Below the pieces are notes generated by a model. That model was not told the DNA's origin and searched no databases. It worked only from the letters and a program-made list of their open reading frames with translations. Positions 51,546-61,593 of a DNA stretch of 64,000 nt are shown piece after piece. The position numbers and the translations under genes were made by a program. The stretch covers positions 8,742,001-8,806,000 of the forward strand of contig JBHGNT010000021.1 in NCBI GenBank assembly GCA_043228905.1, given 5' to 3'. Source of the stretch: Azolla caroliniana (taxonomy: Eukaryota > Plantae > Polypodiophyta). The first letter of the stretch is position 1. Each line of letters begins with the position of its first letter.

Positions 51546-53492
51546 CTTAAACGGGTTCTCCGGCATCGGTCCTTTGTACGGCTTCAGACGGAACCTGTTG
51601 ACCCATTTGTCCAATACCTCGCCGGCTAGCGTTCCGAGTTGGTAAGACCCTTTGAACTCCCTTGTAATCTAGAACGGTCCGGTCCACTGGAACCACAACT
51701 TCCTTGTCATATTGCCCATCCTTGCCTAGAATACCAATACCGACTTGCCTATGCCGAAGTCCTTCTTATTGCCTTTCTTGTGCCGATCCACAAAAGCTTT
51801 CCGTCTTCGTTGCTCGAGATCTAATTACAACACACTAGTTATCCGGTGTTCCTCTAATTCACATAATGTTGCCAACCGGATTATTTCAGATTCCTTCTCG
51901 CTCAATTGCTCCCAGACCTGAATTCGTAAACTTGGGATCTAAAACTCCATGGGCATTACCGCCTCTAGTCCAAATGCCAACCGAAACGGTGTTGTCTGGA
52001 TACTCGTTTTATACTCTGTCCTATACGCCCATAACATGTTGTGTAGTTTGGTGTCCCAATCTGTCCAATTCTCATTTACAATCTTCCAGAGGATGTTTTG
52101 GAGCGTCTTATTTGTTGACTCCACCAATTCGTTTGCCTGCAGGTAGTATGGCGCGCTACGTTTATGCACTACTGCATAGAAGGAAGTTAGGCTTTCCACA
52201 ACGTGGCCGAGGAAATGTCCTCCCTGGTCGCCCATTAGCTCAATCAGGCACCCGTATTGGCACCATATGTACTCGTATAGAAACTTACCTGTTGATGTCA
52301 CGGTGTTGTCCCAGAGCGCTTTTGCAGCCTCGGTGGCCACTATGATATACCGGTTCCCCGTACGCATTGCCGGTGGTGTAAATGGTCCCACGAAATCTAA
52401 CCCCCACTTTTGGAAAGGTTCCAATGGCAACACTGGTTGATGGGGCATCCGAGCCTGCTCCGTTGGTTGGCCCAATCACTGGCATAGATAACACTCTTTA
52501 CAATACCGGACTACGTCCTTGAGGGTCGTCGGCCACCATAACCCACTTTGCCAAATTTTCTGGGCAGTGGTGTCTCCGGCATAGTGCCCGCTAGCAACGT
52601 CACAATGTGCCTCTCATAAGATTGCTTCTTTCTCGTCACTCCGCACCGCGCGCCACCAGATGTCAGCTCCCTTATGGTACAATGAATCTTGCACCAAACA
52701 AAAGTGTCGACTTTGGACTGCAAGGCATTTTCGTTCATCCTGGCTGAGTTCTTCCGGAGGTAATTCGGTACTCAGGAACTGGTGCATGGCGGTGAGCCAC
52801 TTATCTTCTCCAGCCACTGTGTCATCTACAACCATCTCCGCGATAACCTTGAACAACTCGGCATCAAGAAACTCATCTCGGACTCTGTCCCTTGCTTCAC
52901 CAGATTCTAGTTGGCTTAAGTAGTCGGCCACTGCATGTTGTACTCCCGGTCGGTGGTAGATCTCAAATTCGAACTCTTGTAGTAGTAGTGTCCATCTCGC
53001 GAGCTTACCGGTTAATGACGCCTTGGATATAAAATAGATTAGTGCCGAGTGGTCAACATGGAATGAAAACTTGTGCCTTGACAGATAGTGGTGGTACTTT
53101 GTGACGCTATATACCATCACCAGAGCTTCTCTTTCTGTTGTGGAGTAATTCCATTCAACTTTTGAGAGTTTCCGGCTCACGTAATATACCAGACGGTACC
53201 ACTTTGGTTCGGTAAGCTGCATGAGGACACATCAACGATTGCTATGGCCGATGCATCAACAAACACATCCATCCTTACTGACAATGTGTCCGAGTAGTGC
53301 CCTGCTTGTTACCCCGAAAACACATTTTTCCGGATTGAGGCTTAGTCGGGATCCCCGACACTTTTTCAAACACCTCTAGAGATGGTTTAGATGATCTTCC
53401 TATCGTCTATAAACCACAAAATCATCCAGAAATACTTGCATAAATGCCAGGATGTATTCTCTGAATATCTCCATTATGATTCACTGAAACGT
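51546..53492 (-). mobile_element. Older Ty3/gypsy pol (RT end, RNase H, integrase); host of the nested element; RT continues at 63353-63545
   Basis: NYSTTEREAL..VDHSAL..ARWTLLLQEF, FQKWGLDFVGP, LWAYRT..TPFRLAFG; RT DGFGGYNQI..EKTAF..MFGLKTSPA|TFQ split by the insertion. Confidence 0.9.
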
Positions 53493-53732
53493 TGTCGTGA
53501 TGTGGCGTGCTCGAGGGTGGCAAAAACCGGCGAAAAGGGGGTCAAAAATGTGCATGTGCAATGTGTGTGCACACAAAAGCGATTAATTGTGCATATGCAA
53601 AATAAAAAGGAAAAGAAAGGGTAAAAGGGAGGTATAGAAGCTCGCGCAAAAAGTAAGAGAGAGGTGAGATAAAGGGTAGAGGGGAGACAGGCTATAAATT
53701 TATAGAGATAGACTTACATATTACATAAGAAA

Positions 53733-53837
53733 GAGTTAGTGGGTTAGTGGATAGTCACATTGACTACTAGTTAGAGGTGCATAGTTCGAATCTAGTCTTA
53801 CAATGCAGTGTGATTTAAGGAATTTTAGTCCTTTTTC
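53733..53837 (+). promoter_or_regulatory. tRNA-derived Pol III-type A/B-box cassette in LTR U3 (second copy at 61830-61934)
   Basis: A box TGGGTTAGTGG 53740-53750; B box AGTTCGAATCT 53783-53793; tRNA-like spacing; T4/T5 runs downstream; TATAAAT ~40 bp upstream. Confidence 0.6.
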
Positions 53838-54353
53838 ATTGAAGACAAATTTGGCGACCCCCCCTTCTTTTTTTTCCTATAAAAGGAGGTCGAGGGGGGG
53901 CTCATTTGGAGGGACGTTTTGGGAGGAGGAGACTATCGCCAATTTTCCTTCAAAGCTCTTCATCTCCTTATTCACCACTTTTCTTCATCTCATACCCCTT
54001 CATCCCCCCATCGCCACGTGCTCGTGAGCCCAAGCTTCGTTGGCTCGGCGTTGCTCCGCCCCGTTCGTCGTTGTGAGCCCGTGTGCTTGCCCTTCGGGTG
54101 GTCGTGGTTCGTTGGGATTGGCATTTTGGTGGTGCTCGTGTGTTCGTCTTCGCCGTGTTTGGTTTTGCCTTGTCTCTAAGGGCATTTAATATTTATGTTT
54201 TGATTGAGCTTGTGGTTAACTATAAGTTGCCATTGTAAAAAAAAAACCCTATTTTATAAAGGGTCCTCTTGCATTAAAATCAAACACGTATTTAACTCTT
54301 TGGTCAATATTGTTCGTGTTTCTTTCTCTCCTTCTTTCTTTATTCGTGTCTTT

Positions 54354-54985
54354 CTTGTACGTTCGGCCGTCTTGTGACGAGGGGACCGTTCGGGCTTGCC
54401 CATGCACCTCTCCTCCTCATAAAGGCGTACGAGCATTTGTATGTGTGTTTGTGTCTTCCTTGTACGTTCGGCCGTCTTGTGACGAGGGGACCGTTCGGGC
54501 TTGCCCATGCACCTCTCCTCCTCATAAAGGTGTACGAGCATTTTGTGTGTGTGTTTGTTCCTCCTTGTACATTCGACCGTCTTGTGACGAGGGGACCGTT
54601 CGGGCTTGCCCATGCACCTCTCCTCCTCATAAAGGCGTACGAGCATTTGTGCGTGTGTTTGTGTCTTCCTTGTACGTTCGGCCGTCTTGTGACGAGGGGA
54701 CCGTTCGGGCTTGCCCATGCACCTCTCCTCCTCATAAAGACGTACGAGCATTTGTGTGTGTGTGTTTGTGTCTTCCTTGTACGTTCGACCGTCTTGTGAC
54801 GAGGGGACCGTTCGGGCTTGCCCATGCACCTCTCCTCCTCATAAAGGCATACGAGCATTTTGTGCGTGTGTTTTGTGTCTTCCTCGTATGTTCGACGTCT
54901 TGTCACAAGGGAGCGTTCAGGCGCGCCCATGCACCTTTCCTCCTCATAAAGCCGTACGGACATTCGTGTTTGTGTTATTGTCCCC
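54354..54985 (+). repeat. Array of six ~105-bp hairpin-forming tandem repeats in the LTR (second copy at ~62451-63080)
   Basis: Unit CTTGTACGTTCGGCCGTCTTGTGACGAGGGGACCGTTCGGGCTTGCCCATGCACCTCTCCTCCTCATAAAGGCGTACGAG plus a TG-rich linker; sixth unit diverged. Confidence 0.97.
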
Positions 54986-55256
54986 TTGTGCGTTCATGTT
55001 GCGTGCTCATCTTGCTTGTACTCGTTTGGTCACTTGGCTCGTACGGTGATCTCGGAAGGTCGAAGAGTCGTGATCAACGAGAACCACCGGCCTCACAAAA
55101 CAAAAGGGGAACGAGACCTTGCTCGGGAAGGGGTGGGGAAGTAGTATTGTCATAAAGCAAACCTCGGGTCTTCTCTATCCCTTGAGTACTCCCTAGTCCA
55201 AGACCCCCGTGGTCCCGCCCAAGTAACACACGCGCGCGAAACTTCGCGACATAAAT

Positions 55257-55273
55257 TGGTGAACCCGACGTGA
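55257..55273 (+). promoter_or_regulatory. Primer binding site complementary to tRNA-Trp 3' end
   Basis: TGGTGAACCCGACGTGA, 5 nt after the LTR end; complements ...TCACGTCGGGTTCACCA. Confidence 0.85.
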
Positions 55274-55296
55274 AAGGGCGACAAGGGAGAACCAAG

Positions 55297-57447
55297 ATGC
55301 GAGGAGGAGAACTCGTTGAAGCGATGGCGGCGGCGGTGGACCGCTTGGTAAATGCCCGAGAAGGCATCACCGGTCTAGACCGAGCCATAGAGACGATGGT
55401 TAGCACAACGTGGCGGTTCAATGGAAGAGATATCACGAGCTACTTGGATGCTTATAAGGCCGAAATGCTTATGCGAAACGTCCCCGAAGATAGGCGGCTA
55501 ACCGGATTCGCTAGAGTGGTAACGTCGAGTATCCATGTGGAGGTACTCGAGATCCAAGCGAACTGTTGCAATTGGGTGGAGTTCGAAGAAACACTCCTCG
55601 AGAAGTACGGCCTTGATGACTCACTCAGAATTTCGAAAAGGGATCTAATGGAGTGGGTTGAGCTTCCCGGCAAGGGGAGAAATACTATGGTGCTTTTACA
55701 AGAATTTGAGAAGCGCTTCGCGCGACTCTCGATGCTCGATAGGATGGTGCTTGACACAAGCAAGGTCCTACTATTCATAAAGACTGTTGATGCATGAGAC
55801 CGAGAGAAGGTGGGGTCCCTCCTCGAAACTGATGATGGGCTCACGACGGATTGGGCTATGGTAAAACGGGTTTGTAGCCGCTTCGATAAGAGAAGGGAAT
55901 GGAATGACGGGTCTCCGTTGAGCGGCCAAACATCCACAGGCTCCATTAGTGAGACACAAGAACCCAGGGCTGGTAGAATACCTCAAGAAAGAGAGCAAGC
56001 AAATGCAAGGTTCATCCCAGAGAGAAACGTGGTTGAAGCACCGTCGGGAGGGTCGGCAATAGACGAGCTCACAAAGATGGTGCGAGATCTCCAAATAGCG
56101 CAGGCTAGGAGAGAGAGTGGCGGCCCTCAAGATCGACGTCCCCCGTTCGCGCAAAGATGTATGTGGTGCGACAACCCCGACCACCTACGAAGGGAGTGTG
56201 GAGACTTTCAAGAGGCCCTAAGAAAGGATATTGTCTATCTTTGGAACAATAGGGTTTATTCGACGGAGACAAGGCGCCCGTTGGGATTGAATCAAGGCCG
56301 AGGGGGCATGAGAAGGCTAATGGAGGAGGCCGAAGCACGACATGTTGAAGCCGTCCACTACTCGGCGTCGGCTGGGATCCGAGTGGGGAAAGAGGGGAGG
56401 AGGCAAGAGGAGAAAGAGTTTGACTTTTGGCCATCAATCCTTGGAAGCCTTTCTAAGGGGAAGTTCAAAAGAGAAGAAGCAGACGAGGCGGAAAGAAGGG
56501 TCCAAGAAGCAACCGGGTGGAAGGATCCGGTGGAAGAAAAGACAGGCTTAGTGGAAGCCGCTTGCCAAAACTACGAAGTAATGGTAGAAGAGAAGAAGGT
56601 AGGAAATGACGAGGGAGCCGGTCCATCAAGGAAATACGACGCTCGAGGTGCACGAAGAAGGGAAGAGCCAAACCAGTCTCAAGCACGCGACGAAAGATGG
56701 AAAGAGAAGGGGAACCCCCCCAACTTCAAGCTTTGCTCAGAGATCGAACAAGCAACGGACTTGAAGAAGGTAGTGGAGGAGAGGATCCTCGATAGTCGCG
56801 TAGAGTTTACTTTGCGAGAGGTCCTCGGAATTGCCAAGAAAGAATTCCACGAGGTCATCATCGACCTAATGAAGAGGAAGCGGCTCTCAACAGAGCAAGA
56901 AGTGGCAAAACCCGCGATTGTAAATGAATTGTCAACTGAGGTCCCCGAGGAAGACGAAGACTATGCGGACAGTCACTACACGAGGCCGCATTGGGCGAGA
57001 GCGACAACGGAGACACCGGTACGGGTCGGAGATGTAAAAGAGCCGGTGGTAGCATTGATCGACCATGGCTCCGAGATCAACCTTATGTCCATGGACTTTT
57101 ATAAAAAGGGAAAGTGGCCGATCGACATGAAGCACGGGTGGAAGATTAGAGCGGCGACCCGAGCAACCGAGGAGCTATACGGGGCTTGCCCGAATGTACG
57201 TGTGAAGGTGGGGGACGTAGAAATAGATCAAAATTTCTTTGTTCAAGAGATGTCCTCGCACCCGGTCATCTTGGGTGAACCATACATCACGGCGGCTTGT
57301 ATGGAGACGAAGGTGCTAGACAATGGGTCGGCATATGCGAGGGTCAAGAGCCAAGATGGGAAGCATTCGGTCCAATTCCTTACAGTGAGGCCCAACCATG
57401 AGCGCAATCGAGCCTCCCTCAAAGGGGATAGCCGAGAGGATTTTTGA
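55297..57447 (+). CDS. Gag-protease ORF of the Ty3 element (one premature TGA at 55795-55797)
   Basis: ORFs 55270-55797 and 55810-57447 are in frame; zinc knuckle CMWCDNPDHLRREC; aspartic protease ALIDHGSEINLM..VILGEP. Confidence 0.88.
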
Positions 57448-57738
57448 TTCGGGCTATTAAAGAGTGGGGCCGCAATAGCCCGAGGCAAACTAAGACCCTA
57501 AACCCTTGTAAAACTATTAAATGTAATAGGAAACAATTTTGGTTCTCCGAAAATGGAGCTTGTAAAATTACTAGTTTAAGTGATAGAGATAAGTCTAGGG
57601 CCAAGAGATACGAAAGGTATCTCAAACAATGTAATTTATTGGGGGAAGATGACACCATAAGCGGCGCCATGGAGGCGGTCTCATTCGACGACACTCTCAG
57701 AGAGATGGAGAGGGTAGTCGTTTCGGGCCTCAATGAAG

Positions 57739-57891
57739 CATAGTTCTAGCCATACGTCCCATTCGTGTCATACTCAAACGCCAATATTCGTATCATACTC
57801 ATACGTGAAAAGGCTCCAAGTATGATTGAAATCCATACGCGGTACATAGATATATTATATATACATATGGTGTATATGGTGTACATAGTGT

Positions 57892-57936
<45 letters not shown>

Positions 57937-58319
57937 CGTGTGTGATCTAGAGAGAGAAGCCCTCTTTTGCATGTGTGAGGAGACAGTGATTGAGTGTATA
58001 TCTAGACTCTAGAGAGAGAGAGAGAGAGGAGCTATGGGTTTTGTCTGTGTGAGGGAGTATGTAATATGTATATTAGATATCTAGATTTTGTAGAGAGAGA
58101 AAATCTGTCAGTTCTCGTGTGAGAGAGAGAGAGAGTGTGTGTATGTGTGTCAGATGTCACTTCTATTCACAAAATATTATGAATATCAAAAATTAAAAAA
58201 ACCAAAAAAAAGTCAAAAAAAAAAAAGAAGCCAAACGAATATCGCGTATCATACGCGTACGTTTGCAAACGTTCGCGTACGTCCAGTAAATTGGACGTAC
58301 GCGAATATTAGGAACTATG
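57739..58319. mobile_element. hAT-type MITE (581 bp) inserted in the 5' part of pol
   Basis: TIR CATAGTTC...GAACTATG; perfect 8-bp TSD CAATGAAG (57731-57738 and 58320-58327); excision restores the frame (..SGLNE|DKVIPVN..). Confidence 0.95.
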
Positions 58320-58356
58320 CAATGAAGACAAGGTAATTCCAGTCAACTCAGTTGAC

Positions 58357-61300
58357 ATGTACACCACCATTGAAGAGCTTGGGCGGTCGATTGAGGAAGC
58401 GAGGACGGTCAAGGTGCAAACAAAGTACAAGACCGTGGACAAGAAGGTGAAGCCTGTGGCTGCCCCATTGCCTAACGATAGTTGGGATTGGATAAAGGGG
58501 GTAGCAGCTGATCCTAGCTTGCGGGACCCACGAGGCATAGGGCATCGGTTCACCGACGAGACGCGACAGAAGCTCCGGATTGGTGGGGGTGGCTTCCTAT
58601 TGCCTAGGGAGGAGGAAAGATTTAGAAGGATGATCGAAAGCCACAGAAGGGCTTTCGCCTTCTCGTCGGGTGAGATAGGGTGTGTAAACCCTAAGATCGT
58701 GGGGCCAATGGTGATCTTTACGGTGCCGCATGTACCGTGGAACATCAAGCCAATCCCCGTTCCGAGAGCTCACATCCCGAAGTTGATTGAGCTACTCAAG
58801 GAAAAGATCGAGATGGGTATCCTCGAGCCATCAAGCTCCCCATACTCGAATCGGTGGTTCACTGTGCCAAAGAAGAACGGCACATTACGCTTCATCCAGG
58901 ACCTACAACTTGTTAATCAAGTGACAATTCGAAATGCCGGGGTCGGACTGAGCGTTGACGAATTCGCCGAGGCCTTCGCTGGAAGGTCTATTTATTCGAT
59001 CGGTGATCTATACTCGGGGTATGATCAATTCCAACTAGCTGTGGAGAGCAGGGACATCACGACGATGCGGACTCCTATCGGCCTAGTACGAATGTGTACC
59101 TTGCCACAAGGAGGCACTAACTCTGTAGCCCACATGGTAAATGCAATGAACAAGGTACTGAGAGATTGCATCCCTGACATCACCATGCCGTTCCTCGATG
59201 ACATCCCCATAAAAGGGTGCTCTGAAGTGGAGAAAGATGAAACCTTGGACGAGTATGGGTGCAGACGTTTTGTGGCATATCACATCTCCGATTACGAGAA
59301 GGTTCTACAAAGACTCGAAGATGCACGCTTGACCTTCTCGGGTGAGAAATCGGCATTCGGCCAACCAGAGATCCTTGTGGTGGGACACTTGTGCGGGGCA
59401 TACAGACGGAAGCCGTCCCCGGCAAAGGTGGACGCCATCACAGACATGAGGGAAGAATGTAAATCACAAACAGAGGTGAGGCGATTTCTTGGTGCTTGTG
59501 CATTCTACCACATCTGGATCCCTCACTATGATCACCTAGCCGAGCCCTTGTATGGGCTACTTAAGAAGGGGCGGAAGTTCAAGTGGGAGGAAGAGCACAC
59601 TGAGGCAATGAAGAGGCTCAAAGGAATGTTGGTAGCGGCACCAGCTTTACGAAAAGCCGTATACAAGGAAGGGGTGCCCATCTACGTGACGGTACATACG
59701 AGTCCAACAGGGATTGGATGGGTCATCAACCAAGAAGGAGAGGATGGTACACGCTATGCCATCCGGTTTGGAGCCAAGGTCTTAAGCGAGCGACAACGAG
59801 GATACGCCCAAGTAAAACGTGAGCTTTGGGGTATTGTGTCCGCAGTGAAGACGGATAAAGATTACCTAATCGGGTCAGAGGTGGTAATAGAGACGGATTG
59901 CCTTCTAATCCTAGGGATAGTTTCGGGGTGTGCAACACCTGACCTAGCTATGCTAAGATGGATCGCTTACATCAAATCAATGAACCCGGAGATTCACCAC
60001 ATTTCAGGGAAGAACAATGTCATGGCAGATATGCTATCGAGGGCAAGGTTCGAAGGCGAAAGCGACATGGTGTCTGAAGATGAGGATGTCGCTCTTGACT
60101 TCTTTAAGACAGCCCAAGCGTCTATAGATGATCAAGATGTGCGAGTACTCCACGCCTTCAACGAAAGTGAATACGAAGGGGAGTGGCTACACATTGGCAA
60201 GTTCTTAAGCTCAATGACAATGGATAGTTCATGGTCGAAGCAAGAAGCACAAAGAGTCCGAAAGAAAGCGTACAAGTACTTCCTACGAGGGGGATTCCTT
60301 TGGAGGCACCCGAAGAGAAGGACGGGGACGCCACAACGAGTGGTCATAAAGGAAGAGGACCAGACAACATTGGTGTCTGAATTCCACGAGAGTCCTTGGG
60401 CGGGCCATAGAGGAACGTGGGCAACATTCGAGAAGTTAAAGGAGAAGTATTGGTGGCCGGGAATGTACAAGGATGTCGCCCATTTCGTGGGGACGTGTGA
60501 AAGCTGTCAGATACACTCCAACATACGCCATAGGGACGAGTTGCACCCGACCTACCCACTCACCATACACTTCAAATGGATGGTGGATTTGGTTTCGATG
60601 CCGATGGGAGTGGGCCAAATGAAATATTTGGTGCTAGCAAGAGAAGACCTAACAAACCAAGTAGAAGGGCGGGCCTTAGCAAACAAAACGACGGCGGGGG
60701 TGTGTAAATTCTTACTCGAGGATGTCATCTGCCGGTACGGATGTGTGGGAAAGATAGTGGCCGATAGAGGAGAGCTGAATGCTCACGAAGCTACAGAGCT
60801 CTTTGACCGACTTGGAGTGAAGCTCTCTCTCACGACCGCTTATAACCCGGAGGCTAATGGAAAGATAGAACGCGGACACGGGCCTATCGTAAAAGCCATT
60901 GTACGAGCTTGTGATGGGCGAGTCGGGAATTGGCCTCGGTTACTACCTTATGCCTTGTGGGCCGACAGAACAACTCATAGCTCAGTTACAGGTTTCATGC
61001 CAGCTGAACTCATGTACGGACAAAAGTCGGTGATGCCCATTGAAGACACGATCGCTTCATGGGTAGCGATGCCGTGGGAAAACGAGATGAGTCGAGAAGA
61101 GCTTCTAGCCACAAGGATAAGGCAACTTGAGAGAAGACCCGAAGACTTGGAGTTAGCAAAGGAGAGGTTAGAAGCGGCTAGGCTAAGTAACAAAGCCCGA
61201 TTCGACAAGACACACCAACTACGCCCTCGGAAGATCGAAGAAGGAGACTGGGTGATTGTATATGATACTAGTCTCGACAATCAACATAGGTCGATGCGGA

Positions 61301-61533
61301 AATTCGCAAAGCGATGGTTCGGGCCGTACATGGTAACGAGTGCAAATGATAATGCTACCTACCACCTTGCTGAACTCGATGGGACTAAGCTGGCAATACC
61401 AATAGCCGGGAAGCGGGTCAAAATCTTCAAAAAGCGACACGACAAGGAGCCAAACCTCGATGACCTTGACGAAGACAAAGGCGAGCAAACAACAAGCCAT
61501 GGGGTCAATGAGGAGGAGGAAATGAACTATTGA
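58357..61533 (+). CDS. Pol: reverse transcriptase, RNase H, integrase (N-terminal part lies at 57438-57738, before the MITE)
   Basis: Uninterrupted 1058-aa ORF: DLYSGYDQ, LPQG, PFLDD, RRFLG, ETDC..ADMLSR, H-ESPWAGH..CESC, VDL..ADRG..NGKIER, WFGPY. Confidence 0.96.
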   Translation: MYTTIEELGRSIEEARTVKVQTKYKTVDKKVKPVAAPLPNDSWDWIKGVAADPSLRDPRGIGHRFTDETRQKLRIGGGGFLLPREEERFRRMIESHRRAFAFSSGEIGCVNPKIVGPMVIFTVPHVPWNIKPIPVPRAHIPKLIELLKEKIEMGILEPSSSPYSNRWFTVPKKNGTLRFIQDLQLVNQVTIRNAGVGLSVDEFAEAFAGRSIYSIGDLYSGYDQFQLAVESRDITTMRTPIGLVRMCTLPQGGTNSVAHMVNAMNKVLRDCIPDITMPFLDDIPIKGCSEVEKDETLDEYGCRRFVAYHISDYEKVLQRLEDARLTFSGEKSAFGQPEILVVGHLCGAYRRKPSPAKVDAITDMREECKSQTEVRRFLGACAFYHIWIPHYDHLAEPLYGLLKKGRKFKWEEEHTEAMKRLKGMLVAAPALRKAVYKEGVPIYVTVHTSPTGIGWVINQEGEDGTRYAIRFGAKVLSERQRGYAQVKRELWGIVSAVKTDKDYLIGSEVVIETDCLLILGIVSGCATPDLAMLRWIAYIKSMNPEIHHISGKNNVMADMLSRARFEGESDMVSEDEDVALDFFKTAQASIDDQDVRVLHAFNESEYEGEWLHIGKFLSSMTMDSSWSKQEAQRVRKKAYKYFLRGGFLWRHPKRRTGTPQRVVIKEEDQTTLVSEFHESPWAGHRGTWATFEKLKEKYWWPGMYKDVAHFVGTCESCQIHSNIRHRDELHPTYPLTIHFKWMVDLVSMPMGVGQMKYLVLAREDLTNQVEGRALANKTTAGVCKFLLEDVICRYGCVGKIVADRGELNAHEATELFDRLGVKLSLTTAYNPEANGKIERGHGPIVKAIVRACDGRVGNWPRLLPYALWADRTTHSSVTGFMPAELMYGQKSVMPIEDTIASWVAMPWENEMSREELLATRIRQLERRPEDLELAKERLEAARLSNKARFDKTHQLRPRKIEEGDWVIVYDTSLDNQHRSMRKFAKRWFGPYMVTSANDNATYHLAELDGTKLAIPIAGKRVKIFKKRHDKEPNLDDLDEDKGEQTTSHGVNEEEEMNY

Positions 61534-61593
61534 CCACCCTCAGCCCGCCATTCTTGGCACATACCGGAGGATGTGCGGTTTGGTGGGGGTGGA

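Larger units (their letters stand above)
53493..55251 (+). repeat. 5' LTR
   Basis: Direct repeat of 61594-63352; TATA-like CCTATAAAAG at ~53876-53885. Confidence 0.97.

Noticed and set aside
54354-54985. CRISPR array or hammerhead/HDV ribozyme array
   Set aside because: No unique spacers, eukaryotic context and no cas genes. I found no CUGANGA/GAAA core or complete HDV-like topology by eye; a novel fold is not excluded.
54254-55155. Long repetitive ORFs on both strands (e.g. 54310-55155, 54340-54963, 62351-63061, 62471-63253)
   Set aside because: Translation artefacts of the ~105-bp LTR repeat; frames differ between the two LTRs because of linker indels.
57444-57743. Independent 99-aa extra ORF between gag and pol
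   Set aside because: It is the N-terminal part of pol, cut off by the MITE; the frame rejoins 58357-61533 after excision.
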